64,000 nt of DNA from Gemmatimonadales bacterium (GTDB lineage Bacteria; Gemmatimonadota; Gemmatimonadetes; Gemmatimonadales; GWC2-71-9): assembly GCA_041577295.1 (NCBI GenBank), contig JBFGJG010000010.1, positions 32,001 through 96,000 on the forward strand, in the 5' to 3' direction. A model generated the notes under the pieces. The model did not search any database. It was not told the DNA's origin and saw only the letters and a list, made by a program, of their open reading frames with translations. Shown piece after piece: positions 9,181 through 17,559 of this stretch. Position 1 is the first letter of the stretch; each line of letters opens with the position of its first letter. Position numbers and translations under genes: made by a program.

Positions 9181-11154
9181 ATGACCAGATTGCGTCAGCC
9201 ACCGTTCCTGAAGTCGATTGCCGTCGTGATGTTCGTGGGTTGTGGCGGGCCCGGTGACCAAGACGCCGTGAATTGGCCTCGCGTTGCGAATCCGATCCCT
9301 GCCGAGCCGACTCTGGAAGAGCACCTCGGATCCCTCCTGTCGCGGATGACGCTGGAACAAAAGGTCGGTCAGATGGTCCAGGCGGAAATTCAGAATGTCA
9401 CACCGTCGGACGTCCGCACGTATTACCTCGGATCGGTTCTCAACGGCGGCGGTTCCCATCCCAATCGGTCCAGGGCTGCTCGCGCTGCGGAGTGGGTCAC
9501 CCTGGCCGATGCGTTTTACGACGCTTCCATGGATAGCTCGGCCGGTCGCATTCCGATCCCGATCATCTGGGGAACCGATGCCGTGCACGGTCATAACAAT
9601 GTGCGAGGTGCGACGCTATTCCCTCATAACATCGGGCTGGGTGCGGCACGTAACCCGGACCTGATCCAGCAAATCGGCGAGGTCACGGCGCTCGAGGTTG
9701 CAGCGACCGGCATTGACTGGAACTTCGCTCCCACGCTCGCAGTGGTTAGGGACGACCGTTGGGGCCGCACATATGAGGGGTATTCGGAGGATCCGGAGAT
9801 CGTGAGAAGCTACGCCGGGCGGATGGTCACGGGCCTTCAGGGACTGGTCACCTCGCCCACATTCTTGAGCGACTCCCACGTCGTCGCGACGGCCAAGCAC
9901 TTCATTGGGGACGGGGGAACAGATCGAGGAGTCGACCGGGGAGACAACCTGGCCAGTGAGCAGGAGCTGTTGGAGATCCACGCACAGGGTTATGTGCCGG
10001 CTCTGGAAGCGGGTGTCCAGACGGTCATGGCCTCATTCAATAGTTGGCGCGGCGCGAAGATTCACGGAAGTCGGTATCTGCTCACCGAGGTTTTAAAAGA
10101 ACGCATGGGGTTCGACGGCTTTGTAATTGGCGATTGGAACGGTCACGGCGAGGTGCCTGGATGTCGTAATGACTCATGCGCGCAGGCAATCAATGCGGGT
10201 ATCGACATGATCATGGTGCCGGAGGATTGGAAGGCCTTCATCGCAAATACGCTCGAGCAGGTCCGTGCAGGCGACATTTCGGAAACGCGTGTGGACGATG
10301 CCGTGCGCCGCATTCTGCGGGTGAAGGCACGAGCCGGATTGTTCGCCAAGGGTCGGCCCTCGTCGCGCGCTCTCGCCGGTAATCAGTCCCTCATCGGTGC
10401 CGCCGAGCACCGACGTCTTGCGCGGCGGGCCGTGCGCGAATCGCTCGTGCTGCTCAAGAACGCTGGGGGGCTGCTGCCGCTGCTGCGTAACGCAAACGTG
10501 CTGGTCGCAGGAGATGGAGCGAACAATATCAGCCAACAGTCGGGCGGCTGGTCCGTGACCTGGCAGGGAACCGAGACCGAAAACGCGGACTTTCCTGGCG
10601 CCACCTCAATCTTCCGTGGCGTTCGAGAAGTCGTGACCGCCGGCGGTGGCCGCGCGACCCTAAGTGCCGACGGATCGTTCCGCCAGCGGCCGGATGTGGC
10701 CATTGTCGTCTTCGGCGAGCCCCCGTATGCCGAGATGATGGGCGATGTCGAGTCATTGAGTTTTTCTGCTCGACAGGGGGGGCCTCTTGACCTGTTGCGC
10801 CGATTGCAGGAGCAGGGAATACCGGTGGTCTCGGTGTTCCTGACCGGACGGCCGCTGTGGGTCAATCCGGAGCTCAACGCGTCCACCGCATTCGTGGCCG
10901 CGTGGTTCCCTGGATCCGAGGGAGGCGGAATCGCCGATGTGCTGTTCCGCGATAACGACGGTCAAATACAGTACGACTTTACGGGAAAGCTGCCCAGCAG
11001 TTGGCCGCGAGATCCGGCGCAGACGAGTCTGAACCGTAATGACCCGACCTATGACCCGCTCTTTCCTTACGGATTCGGCCTGACGTACCGCGACACAGAC
11101 ACGTTATCCGGCGACCTTCCCGAGGTTGCCAGCGCGACCGGCGATTCGTCGTAG
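9181..11154 (+). CDS. GH3 beta-glucosidase / exo-beta-glucanase, probable lipoprotein
   Basis: 'MTLEQKVGQM', 'DAVHGH', 'RDDRWGRTYEGYSEDP', 'KHFIGDG', nucleophile motif 'FVIGDW', lipobox-like MFVGC. Start set at ATG 9181. Confidence 0.93.
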   Translation: MTRLRQPPFLKSIAVVMFVGCGGPGDQDAVNWPRVANPIPAEPTLEEHLGSLLSRMTLEQKVGQMVQAEIQNVTPSDVRTYYLGSVLNGGGSHPNRSRAARAAEWVTLADAFYDASMDSSAGRIPIPIIWGTDAVHGHNNVRGATLFPHNIGLGAARNPDLIQQIGEVTALEVAATGIDWNFAPTLAVVRDDRWGRTYEGYSEDPEIVRSYAGRMVTGLQGLVTSPTFLSDSHVVATAKHFIGDGGTDRGVDRGDNLASEQELLEIHAQGYVPALEAGVQTVMASFNSWRGAKIHGSRYLLTEVLKERMGFDGFVIGDWNGHGEVPGCRNDSCAQAINAGIDMIMVPEDWKAFIANTLEQVRAGDISETRVDDAVRRILRVKARAGLFAKGRPSSRALAGNQSLIGAAEHRRLARRAVRESLVLLKNAGGLLPLLRNANVLVAGDGANNISQQSGGWSVTWQGTETENADFPGATSIFRGVREVVTAGGGRATLSADGSFRQRPDVAIVVFGEPPYAEMMGDVESLSFSARQGGPLDLLRRLQEQGIPVVSVFLTGRPLWVNPELNASTAFVAAWFPGSEGGGIADVLFRDNDGQIQYDFTGKLPSSWPRDPAQTSLNRNDPTYDPLFPYGFGLTYRDTDTLSGDLPEVASATGDSS

Positions 11155-11197
11155 CCTCACCGATCGCACCGATTCAGACCTGCGCGGAAGAGAGATC

Positions 11198-12808
11198 GTG
11201 TGTCACGAAGCTCGACACGAGTGGTGGCAGAGTGCCGTCGTCTATCAGATCTACATCAGAAGCTTCTGCGATAGGACCGGCAATGGCGTGGGCGACCTTC
11301 AGGGGGTCATTGAACGGTTGGACTACCTGAGCGAGACGCTCGCTGTCGATGCGATCTGGATCACTCCGTTCTATCCCTCTCCCATGGCCGATTTTGGCTA
11401 TGACGTCTCCGACTACCGCGATGTGCATCCGCTGTTCGGCGATCTCGCGACGTTCGACCGCCTCGTGGAGCACGCCCACCGGACGGGTCTCAAGGTCATC
11501 GTCGACTTCGTCATGAATCACACCTCGGATCAGCATCCTTGGTTCGCGGAGTCACGCCGCAGTCGCGATCATCCTCGGCGCGACTGGTACGTGTGGCGCG
11601 ATCCAAAGCCGGACGGCTCGCCACCCAACAACTGGCTCAGTGTGTTCGGTGGATCGGCATGGGAACTCGACGAAAGGACGGGCCAATACTACTTGCATTC
11701 CTTCTTGAAGGAGCAGCCCGATCTCAATTGGCGAAATTCGGCGGTACAGGCGGCAATGCTCGACCATATGCGTTTCTGGCTCGACCGATCTGTCGACGGA
11801 TTTCGCATCGATGCGGCGCACTTCATCATGAAGGATCCCGAGGAGCGCGACAACCCGCCAAACCCCACCGGTTCACCGTTGGTGCACAAATCGCTGGGCG
11901 CGTATGACGCGCAACTGCACCCTCATGACAAGGGGCACCCGGACGTTCACCAGATCTATCGTCGCGTGCGGGCCCTGCTCGAGGAGCGCCAGCCCGCACG
12001 AATGGCGCTCGGGGAGATGCACCTCTTCGACTGGAACGAGCTAGCGCTGTATTACGGCGACCTCGACGAGCTGAGCATGCCATCCAACTTCGGACTCATG
12101 AAGGCACCCTGGACAGCGCAAGGCGTGCGTGGGGTGGTGGATGGTATCGAGACTGCCATACCTCACGGGGCATGGCCAAACTACGCTATGGGGAATCACG
12201 ACGAGAAGCGGCTGGCGACCCGACTGGGTGAACGAGAGAGCCGCCAGGCCGCCGTGCTGCTCCTCACGCTCCGCGGCTCACCCACGCTCTACTACGGCGA
12301 CGAGCTTGGCATGCGTGAGGCCCGGATTCCGTCAGAGAAACAACGAGACCCTTGGGGGTTCGCTGAGCCCGAACTCAGTCGAGACGGTAGCCGCACCCCC
12401 ATGCCGTGGTCCCCCGGACCTGGGGCGGGCTTCACAGCGGCCGCCGAGCCGTGGCTACCGTTTGGGGACGACTACGCGACTCGCAATGTCGAGTCGCAAC
12501 TGCGCGAGATAGACTCCCACCTCAACCTGTACCGCAAGTTGCTGAAGATCAGGCGAGCCTCGCCGGCGCTTCGAACAGGTGGTTATCGGCCGCTGGATCC
12601 CGTGCCACCCAGTTGTTTCGTCTTCGAGCGCACCAGCGGTACTGAGCGCGCGGTGGTGGCGGTCAACTTCGCGCGTGAGCCCGTCCCGATTGATCAGGTG
12701 AACGTCCGCGGCCGCATCGTCGTATCGACGCACCGTGCGAGTGAGGGCACCGCGGTCACTGATAGACTAACGCTGCAACCACTCGAGGCCGTCGTCGTGA
12801 CGTCGTGA
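11198..12808 (+). CDS. GH13 alpha-glucosidase / oligo-1,6-glucosidase family (no signal peptide)
   Basis: 'WWQSAVVYQIYIRSF', 'DFGYDVSDY', 'NHTSDQHPWF', 'DGFRIDA', 'NHDEKR', 'RDGSRTPMPW'. GTG start inferred. Confidence 0.93.
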   Translation: MCHEARHEWWQSAVVYQIYIRSFCDRTGNGVGDLQGVIERLDYLSETLAVDAIWITPFYPSPMADFGYDVSDYRDVHPLFGDLATFDRLVEHAHRTGLKVIVDFVMNHTSDQHPWFAESRRSRDHPRRDWYVWRDPKPDGSPPNNWLSVFGGSAWELDERTGQYYLHSFLKEQPDLNWRNSAVQAAMLDHMRFWLDRSVDGFRIDAAHFIMKDPEERDNPPNPTGSPLVHKSLGAYDAQLHPHDKGHPDVHQIYRRVRALLEERQPARMALGEMHLFDWNELALYYGDLDELSMPSNFGLMKAPWTAQGVRGVVDGIETAIPHGAWPNYAMGNHDEKRLATRLGERESRQAAVLLLTLRGSPTLYYGDELGMREARIPSEKQRDPWGFAEPELSRDGSRTPMPWSPGPGAGFTAAAEPWLPFGDDYATRNVESQLREIDSHLNLYRKLLKIRRASPALRTGGYRPLDPVPPSCFVFERTSGTERAVVAVNFAREPVPIDQVNVRGRIVVSTHRASEGTAVTDRLTLQPLEAVVVTS

Positions 12809-12881
12809 GCCTGGCCCGAGCGACGGCGTCTCGCTGAGCCGCACTACAGGGTCTTGGAATGAACAGAACAGACAGCGCGGT

Positions 12882-13502
12882 TCAGTCGAGTGCTGAGTCC
12901 TCTGTCTGATAGAAGGCGATCAAGCCAGCGAAGTGGTGCCTCTCTCCCGCCGAGGGATCACCAACGTCCTCGCACTCGGCAATCCACTCGACGAGCTTCG
13001 CGCGCAGCCGCGCGAGCTGTTCCTTGGTGCCGGTGCCGCCAAAGCGGGCAACGACAGGTAGCAGGGCGGGGTCCGTGTCGTCACTGACCATGGCCGTAGC
13101 CCGTCGGGCCTCCGCCTCCGTCGTATCGAAGATCGTTTGGATCATCAGGTCCGGCTCGCTGGTGGCTTCGGTCTCAGCAGCGTCAAACAGCGATCGATCG
13201 ACTACGAAGCGGGTAGCGACCGCCTGGAGGTAACGCTCCACGGTCCCGCGCTTCTTGCGCTCCTCGACCAATTCGAGGAAACCCGCCTTGCGCAGCGCTT
13301 CCACGTGACGGTACAAACGCGGCGCCTTTTCACCCAACCCATCCGCCACCTGCTTCGTCGTGCGGGGCTCCTTCACGAAAGCCTGGAGAATGCGGAAGCG
13401 GAACGGATCGGACAGAACCCGGGCCTGCTCCAATGTCTTGACTCGAAATGTCCCCGCGCGAGAGGAACGCTTGTGGCGGGACGCAGGGCGATCTTTGGGC
13501 AT
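12882..13502 (-). CDS. ArsR-like winged helix-turn-helix regulator
   Basis: 'LSDPFRFRIL...TTKQVA...LYRHVEALRKAGFLELVEERKKRGTVERY'. Start set at ATG 13502. Confidence 0.85.
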   Translation of the reverse strand: MPKDRPASRHKRSSRAGTFRVKTLEQARVLSDPFRFRILQAFVKEPRTTKQVADGLGEKAPRLYRHVEALRKAGFLELVEERKKRGTVERYLQAVATRFVVDRSLFDAAETEATSEPDLMIQTIFDTTEAEARRATAMVSDDTDPALLPVVARFGGTGTKEQLARLRAKLVEWIAECEDVGDPSAGERHHFAGLIAFYQTEDSALD

Positions 13503-13527
13503 TGTAGGGCCTCGGCGGCGCGGCGAC

Positions 13528-13572
13528 TTGACAGGTCTGCGTGGTACCATTATTTACTAAAACATAAATAAT
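13528..13572. promoter_or_regulatory. Divergent promoter region with inverted-repeat operator
   Basis: TTGACA at 13528 with TATTTA 17 bp downstream; perfect inverted repeat ATTATTTA-N8-TAAATAAT at 13549-13572. Confidence 0.6.
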
Positions 13573-13588
13573 AATGTTGACATGAACA

Positions 13589-14320
13589 ATGCCTCCGTCT
13601 CTCACACTCTTAGACCATCTCGTCACCATGCTCCTCGTGGGCGTCTTCCCAATTTACGGTGCATGGGCCTTCCGGAAGCTGAGACGCGGCCTGGAAGCTG
13701 GGCATCGCGGAGCGCTCGTGCGCGAGTACATCGAGACCCTTGCCTGGCAGTGGGGCCTTACAGTCGTCACGATCGTATGGTGGGCCGTTCGCCACAGGCC
13801 CTGGCCGGACCTCGGTGTGTCGGCAACTGTCGGGTCCGGCTTCTACCTTGCCACGGCATTCGTTCTCATTGTGATCGCGGGATTCGTCGTGCAGTGGCGC
13901 AAGGTCGCTGGCAGCGAGCGGTACCGTGCGGCGGTGCAGGAGGCGCTGGGGTCGCTCGTCTCCCTACTTCCACACAACCGCCAGGAGCTCTTCTGGTTTC
14001 GAGCGCTGTCGGTGACGGCGGGAATCTGCGAAGAATTGCTCTACCGGGGCTTTCTCATCTGGTACCTCAGTCAGTTCACCAGCCTGTGGATGGCAGTGGT
14101 CATTTCTTCGCTGCTGTTTGGCTACGCGCACTTCTATCAAGGTGTGGCGGGCATGATGAAAACTGGCATTGCGGGTTTGGTCGCCGCGGGACTCTACGTG
14201 CTGAGCGGCAGCCTCTGGCTCCCAATGATCCTGCACGCGGCGACAGATTTCATCCAGGGGCAAACCGCATACGCGGCGCTGCGCGACTCCGAGCTGGTTG
14301 GGACGCCGGTGGAAGCGTAA
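13589..14320 (+). CDS. CPBP/Abi (type II CAAX) intramembrane metalloprotease
   Basis: EExxxR (CEELLYRG), FxxxH (FGYAH), HxxxD (HAATD); multiple TM helices. Confidence 0.93.
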   Translation: MPPSLTLLDHLVTMLLVGVFPIYGAWAFRKLRRGLEAGHRGALVREYIETLAWQWGLTVVTIVWWAVRHRPWPDLGVSATVGSGFYLATAFVLIVIAGFVVQWRKVAGSERYRAAVQEALGSLVSLLPHNRQELFWFRALSVTAGICEELLYRGFLIWYLSQFTSLWMAVVISSLLFGYAHFYQGVAGMMKTGIAGLVAAGLYVLSGSLWLPMILHAATDFIQGQTAYAALRDSELVGTPVEA

Positions 14321-14394
14321 GTGTTGTTTTCGCGCTATGTCTGAGTTCCTGAGGCCAATCCCGACGTGCGGTGTGTGGGTGGTTACGACCCGCT

Positions 14395-15315
14395 CTACGA
14401 GTTCTTGCGTGATCTCGCTGTACGTCTCCGTGTGCTCTGTGGCAGCCCGATTCCTGCGAGTTCCTCCGCAGAAAAATCTGGCATTGCCCCCTTCCTGTTC
14501 GCGACGAGCGCCGCGTAGCGGTTTGCCACCGTAAGGGCGTCGCTCAATGTGACACCACGAACCAGCTGGTGGGCGATTGCGGCCGTAAAGGCATCCCCCG
14601 CGCCAACGGTGTCACCCGAAGCGCCCGTGGCCGCTACCCCGGCGGTCGTAACGACACCATCCGCAGTTGTAATCGCGGCGCCAGCCGCCCCGCGCGTCAC
14701 ACACACCGCATACACGCCGATGTCGTAAAGCAGCCACTGGAGGAGTGACGGTCGTTTTAGCAATACCGACAACTGCTCCACCTCTGCTTGGTTCATCTTG
14801 ACCACGTCGACCAGGCGCAGGGTCGCTTCGATGACGGTCGCGTCGATGAACGGCGGACGGAGGTTGACGTCGAAGATGACGATGGCGTCGTCGTTCGTCT
14901 CAGCCAACAGCTGCTGGATGGTGTTCCTACTGGTGGCACATCGCTGTGCGAGCGAGCCTACGCAGATGGCATCCGCGACGCGCACGAGTGAACGCGCCTC
15001 GTCCTCGATCGCGATGTAGTCCCACGCGACGTCTTCGGTGATCTTGTACTCCGGATCTTCATCAGTGACCGTGACCGAGACCGTGCCCGTGGGTTTGACG
15101 CTATCCCACTGCACGTACTCGATTCGGACTCCACGGTCGCGAAGAAAGCGAACGAGCTTCGATCCCTGCCGGTCATTTCCAACGCGGGTGACGATGACGC
15201 CGCGATCGCCGAGTCGGGCGGCGTGATACGCTACGTTGCACGGGGCACCACCTGGGCGCGCGCCGTCCGGGAACAGATCCCACAATGCCTCACCCATCGC
15301 GACCACGGTCGCCAC
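14395..15315 (-). CDS. PfkB family carbohydrate kinase (fructokinase-like)
   Basis: 'GEALWD', 'GGAPCNVA', 'DVNLRPP', 'DTVGAGDAF'. Confidence 0.93.
   Translation of the reverse strand: MATVVAMGEALWDLFPDGARPGGAPCNVAYHAARLGDRGVIVTRVGNDRQGSKLVRFLRDRGVRIEYVQWDSVKPTGTVSVTVTDEDPEYKITEDVAWDYIAIEDEARSLVRVADAICVGSLAQRCATSRNTIQQLLAETNDDAIVIFDVNLRPPFIDATVIEATLRLVDVVKMNQAEVEQLSVLLKRPSLLQWLLYDIGVYAVCVTRGAAGAAITTADGVVTTAGVAATGASGDTVGAGDAFTAAIAHQLVRGVTLSDALTVANRYAALVANRKGAMPDFSAEELAGIGLPQSTRRRTARSRKNS
14426..14443 (-). repeat. Dispersed 18-bp repeat, copy 1 (GCCACAGAGCACACGGAG)
   Basis: Matches copies at 27593 and 41555 with 1-2 differences. Confidence 0.6.
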
Positions 15316-15316
15316 G

Positions 15317-16978
15317 CTACCACCATGCGATCACGAAGATCGCGATCAGCACCAGCATTCCAACGGATTGGTACCGGTAGTTCTTGTACCAGGGGAGCCG
15401 TGCGAGCTCGTCTGCTTCCTCTGCGAGCAGTGCTGGCGACCACGTCAGGGTGCGCACCACCTCTTCATCGGGCTTTGACGTGGCAAGACTGACGATCGCC
15501 AGTGCCGCCAACGAGATGACGAGGAGGATTGGCGCGAGGTAGAGGAAGTGAATGACCGGTGTCCCGCCGGCGGCCAGCTGCAACTGCTCCGCCGTGAGCG
15601 CGTGCGTCTGGACGATGATCGACTCGGAGAGCGCCAAACCAAAGGTGATCGCGGCGGCGAGGTGACCGACAACTAAGGCAGCCAAGGCTCCATGACCGTT
15701 CGCACGTTTCCAAAATACGCCCGCGAAGAAGCACGCGACGATGGGCGGAGCCAGATAGGCCAGCATCTGTTGCAGGTATGTCCAGATGTTGGGGAACTTG
15801 ATGATCTGCGGTGCCCACAAGATGGCGAGCGTCATGAATGCAAAGGTCACGATTCGGCCGGCAATCACCAAGCTGTGGTTCGGCATCTCGGGCTTGATCT
15901 TCTTGAGAAAGTCCATGGTCACGAGCGTCGATGCCGAGTTCAGCGTCGAGTCCACACTCGACATGATGGCCGCCACCAAAGCCGTGATGATGAGGCCCCG
16001 GATCCCCACCGGTAGCAAGTCGAACATCAAGGTTGGGAAGATGAGATCCGAGTTCTGTGCCAGCATGGGAAATTCGGCGGGTGGATAGAGTAACCGTCCA
16101 AAGATGCCGGGCAATACCATGATGAAAATGATTGGAAGTTTGAGCAATCCAGCGAAGAGTGCACCCCAACGACCGTGATTCAGATCCTTCGCACCCAGGG
16201 TTCGCTGCACCATGAACTGGTTGGTGCCCCAGAAATAGAAGCCGAGCAGGAAAACGCCTGTGACGAGTCCGGGCCACGGTAGCACCGGATCGGAGGCGGG
16301 TCGTACGATCGACAAGTCATCCGCTGGCACCGCGGCGACGACACTTGCCCACGAGCCTCCGATGGCGTTGAACGAGAGTACCGATACCAGCAGGGCACCG
16401 ATCAGCAGGAGCACGGCCTGTACTGCGTCCGTGTACACCACGGCCTTCAACCCCCCGGCAATCGTATAGGCACCCGCCACGATCCCGAGCACGACCACTG
16501 AAGTCCAGAGTGGGACACCCGGATAAATGATCTGGATGACCAGGGCTCCCGCGTACAAGGCGGCCGCCGTGTCGATGGTGATGTTCATGAAGACTAGGAG
16601 CGCCGAGAAGTAGTATCGCGATCGAGGATCGAACCGCCGCTCGAGAAACTCGGGCATCGTGTACACACGCGTTTTTATATAGAACGGCAGGAAGAACACG
16701 AGGAATACGATCAGGACGAGCGCAGCCATCCACTCGTAGTTGTAGACCGAGATCCCCGAGCTGAAGGCCGAGGATGACAATCCCACCAGTGTGCTAGACG
16801 ATACGTTCGAGGCAAAGAGCGAAAACCCGATGAGCCACCAGGTCAGTGAACGCCCTGCGAGAAAGTAGTCGTCGGTGGTTCCGGTGCGCCTCGCGAAATA
16901 AAAGCCGAGCGTCACGATGAAGACGACGTAGAGCGCTACCATCACGAGGTCGGGCACCGCGAGCTGGAATTGGGGCAT
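15317..16978 (-). CDS. Sodium:solute symporter (SGLT-like sugar transporter)
   Basis: 'DYFLAGR', 'SLFASN', 'TMPEFLERRF', 'GGLKAVVYTD', 'QFMVQR', 'AAIMSS..STLNS'. Confidence 0.95.
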   Translation of the reverse strand: MPQFQLAVPDLVMVALYVVFIVTLGFYFARRTGTTDDYFLAGRSLTWWLIGFSLFASNVSSSTLVGLSSSAFSSGISVYNYEWMAALVLIVFLVFFLPFYIKTRVYTMPEFLERRFDPRSRYYFSALLVFMNITIDTAAALYAGALVIQIIYPGVPLWTSVVVLGIVAGAYTIAGGLKAVVYTDAVQAVLLLIGALLVSVLSFNAIGGSWASVVAAVPADDLSIVRPASDPVLPWPGLVTGVFLLGFYFWGTNQFMVQRTLGAKDLNHGRWGALFAGLLKLPIIFIMVLPGIFGRLLYPPAEFPMLAQNSDLIFPTLMFDLLPVGIRGLIITALVAAIMSSVDSTLNSASTLVTMDFLKKIKPEMPNHSLVIAGRIVTFAFMTLAILWAPQIIKFPNIWTYLQQMLAYLAPPIVACFFAGVFWKRANGHGALAALVVGHLAAAITFGLALSESIIVQTHALTAEQLQLAAGGTPVIHFLYLAPILLVISLAALAIVSLATSKPDEEVVRTLTWSPALLAEEADELARLPWYKNYRYQSVGMLVLIAIFVIAWW

Positions 16979-17161
16979 GTGTGCCTCTAGGGATCGATCC
17001 GTTCACCGGGTTGCGGCCGGGAAAGTGGCAGCCGGAACCGGTAGAAACAAGAACAGCGGACCGCTTCAGGGGTCGAGGGGATTTGCGGGCACCCTTTCGC
17101 TCCGCAACTCAAGGGCCGCGCTGCACTGTGATTCTCCTTGTACCACGAGGCGAGTCGATCG

Positions 17162-17547
17162 ATGTCTCCCGTCGCAAAGCGCTCCACCGGCTGACCCTGA
17201 TCGTCGGTGGTGCGATATCCGCGCCTGCCATGGCGGCCGTTCTCTCTGGGTGCCGGGCGGCACCACCAACGCCCGGATGGACCCCCGCGGTGCTCACGCC
17301 AGATCAGCTCGATTTGCTCGGCCAGATGGTCGATCGAATCATCCCCGCGACCGACACCCCGGAAGCAAACGCGTACATCCGTGCTCAACGCGCGGAATCA
17401 GCTACGCGACGTGCCCAACGTGTTTGTGACCGACGGAGCGTGCATGACGTCCACCGCATGCCAAAAAATCCCTCCCTCACGTACATGGCGCTCACAGCGC
17501 GGGCGTGCGATTACGCGGTCGAGGCGAGCAAACGGATGGAGTTGTGA
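17162..17547 (+). pseudogene. Fused remnant: gluconate-2-dehydrogenase subunit-3 family N-terminus plus GMC oxidoreductase C-terminus
   Basis: SRRKAL...VLSGC...MVDRIIPATDTP (Tat/lipoprotein small subunit); then in another frame TSVLNARNQLRDVPNVFVTDGACMTSTACQ; then after the A6 run at 17463, NPSLTYMALTARACDYAV...*. Confidence 0.85.
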
Positions 17548-17559
17548 GTGGCCGCGCGT

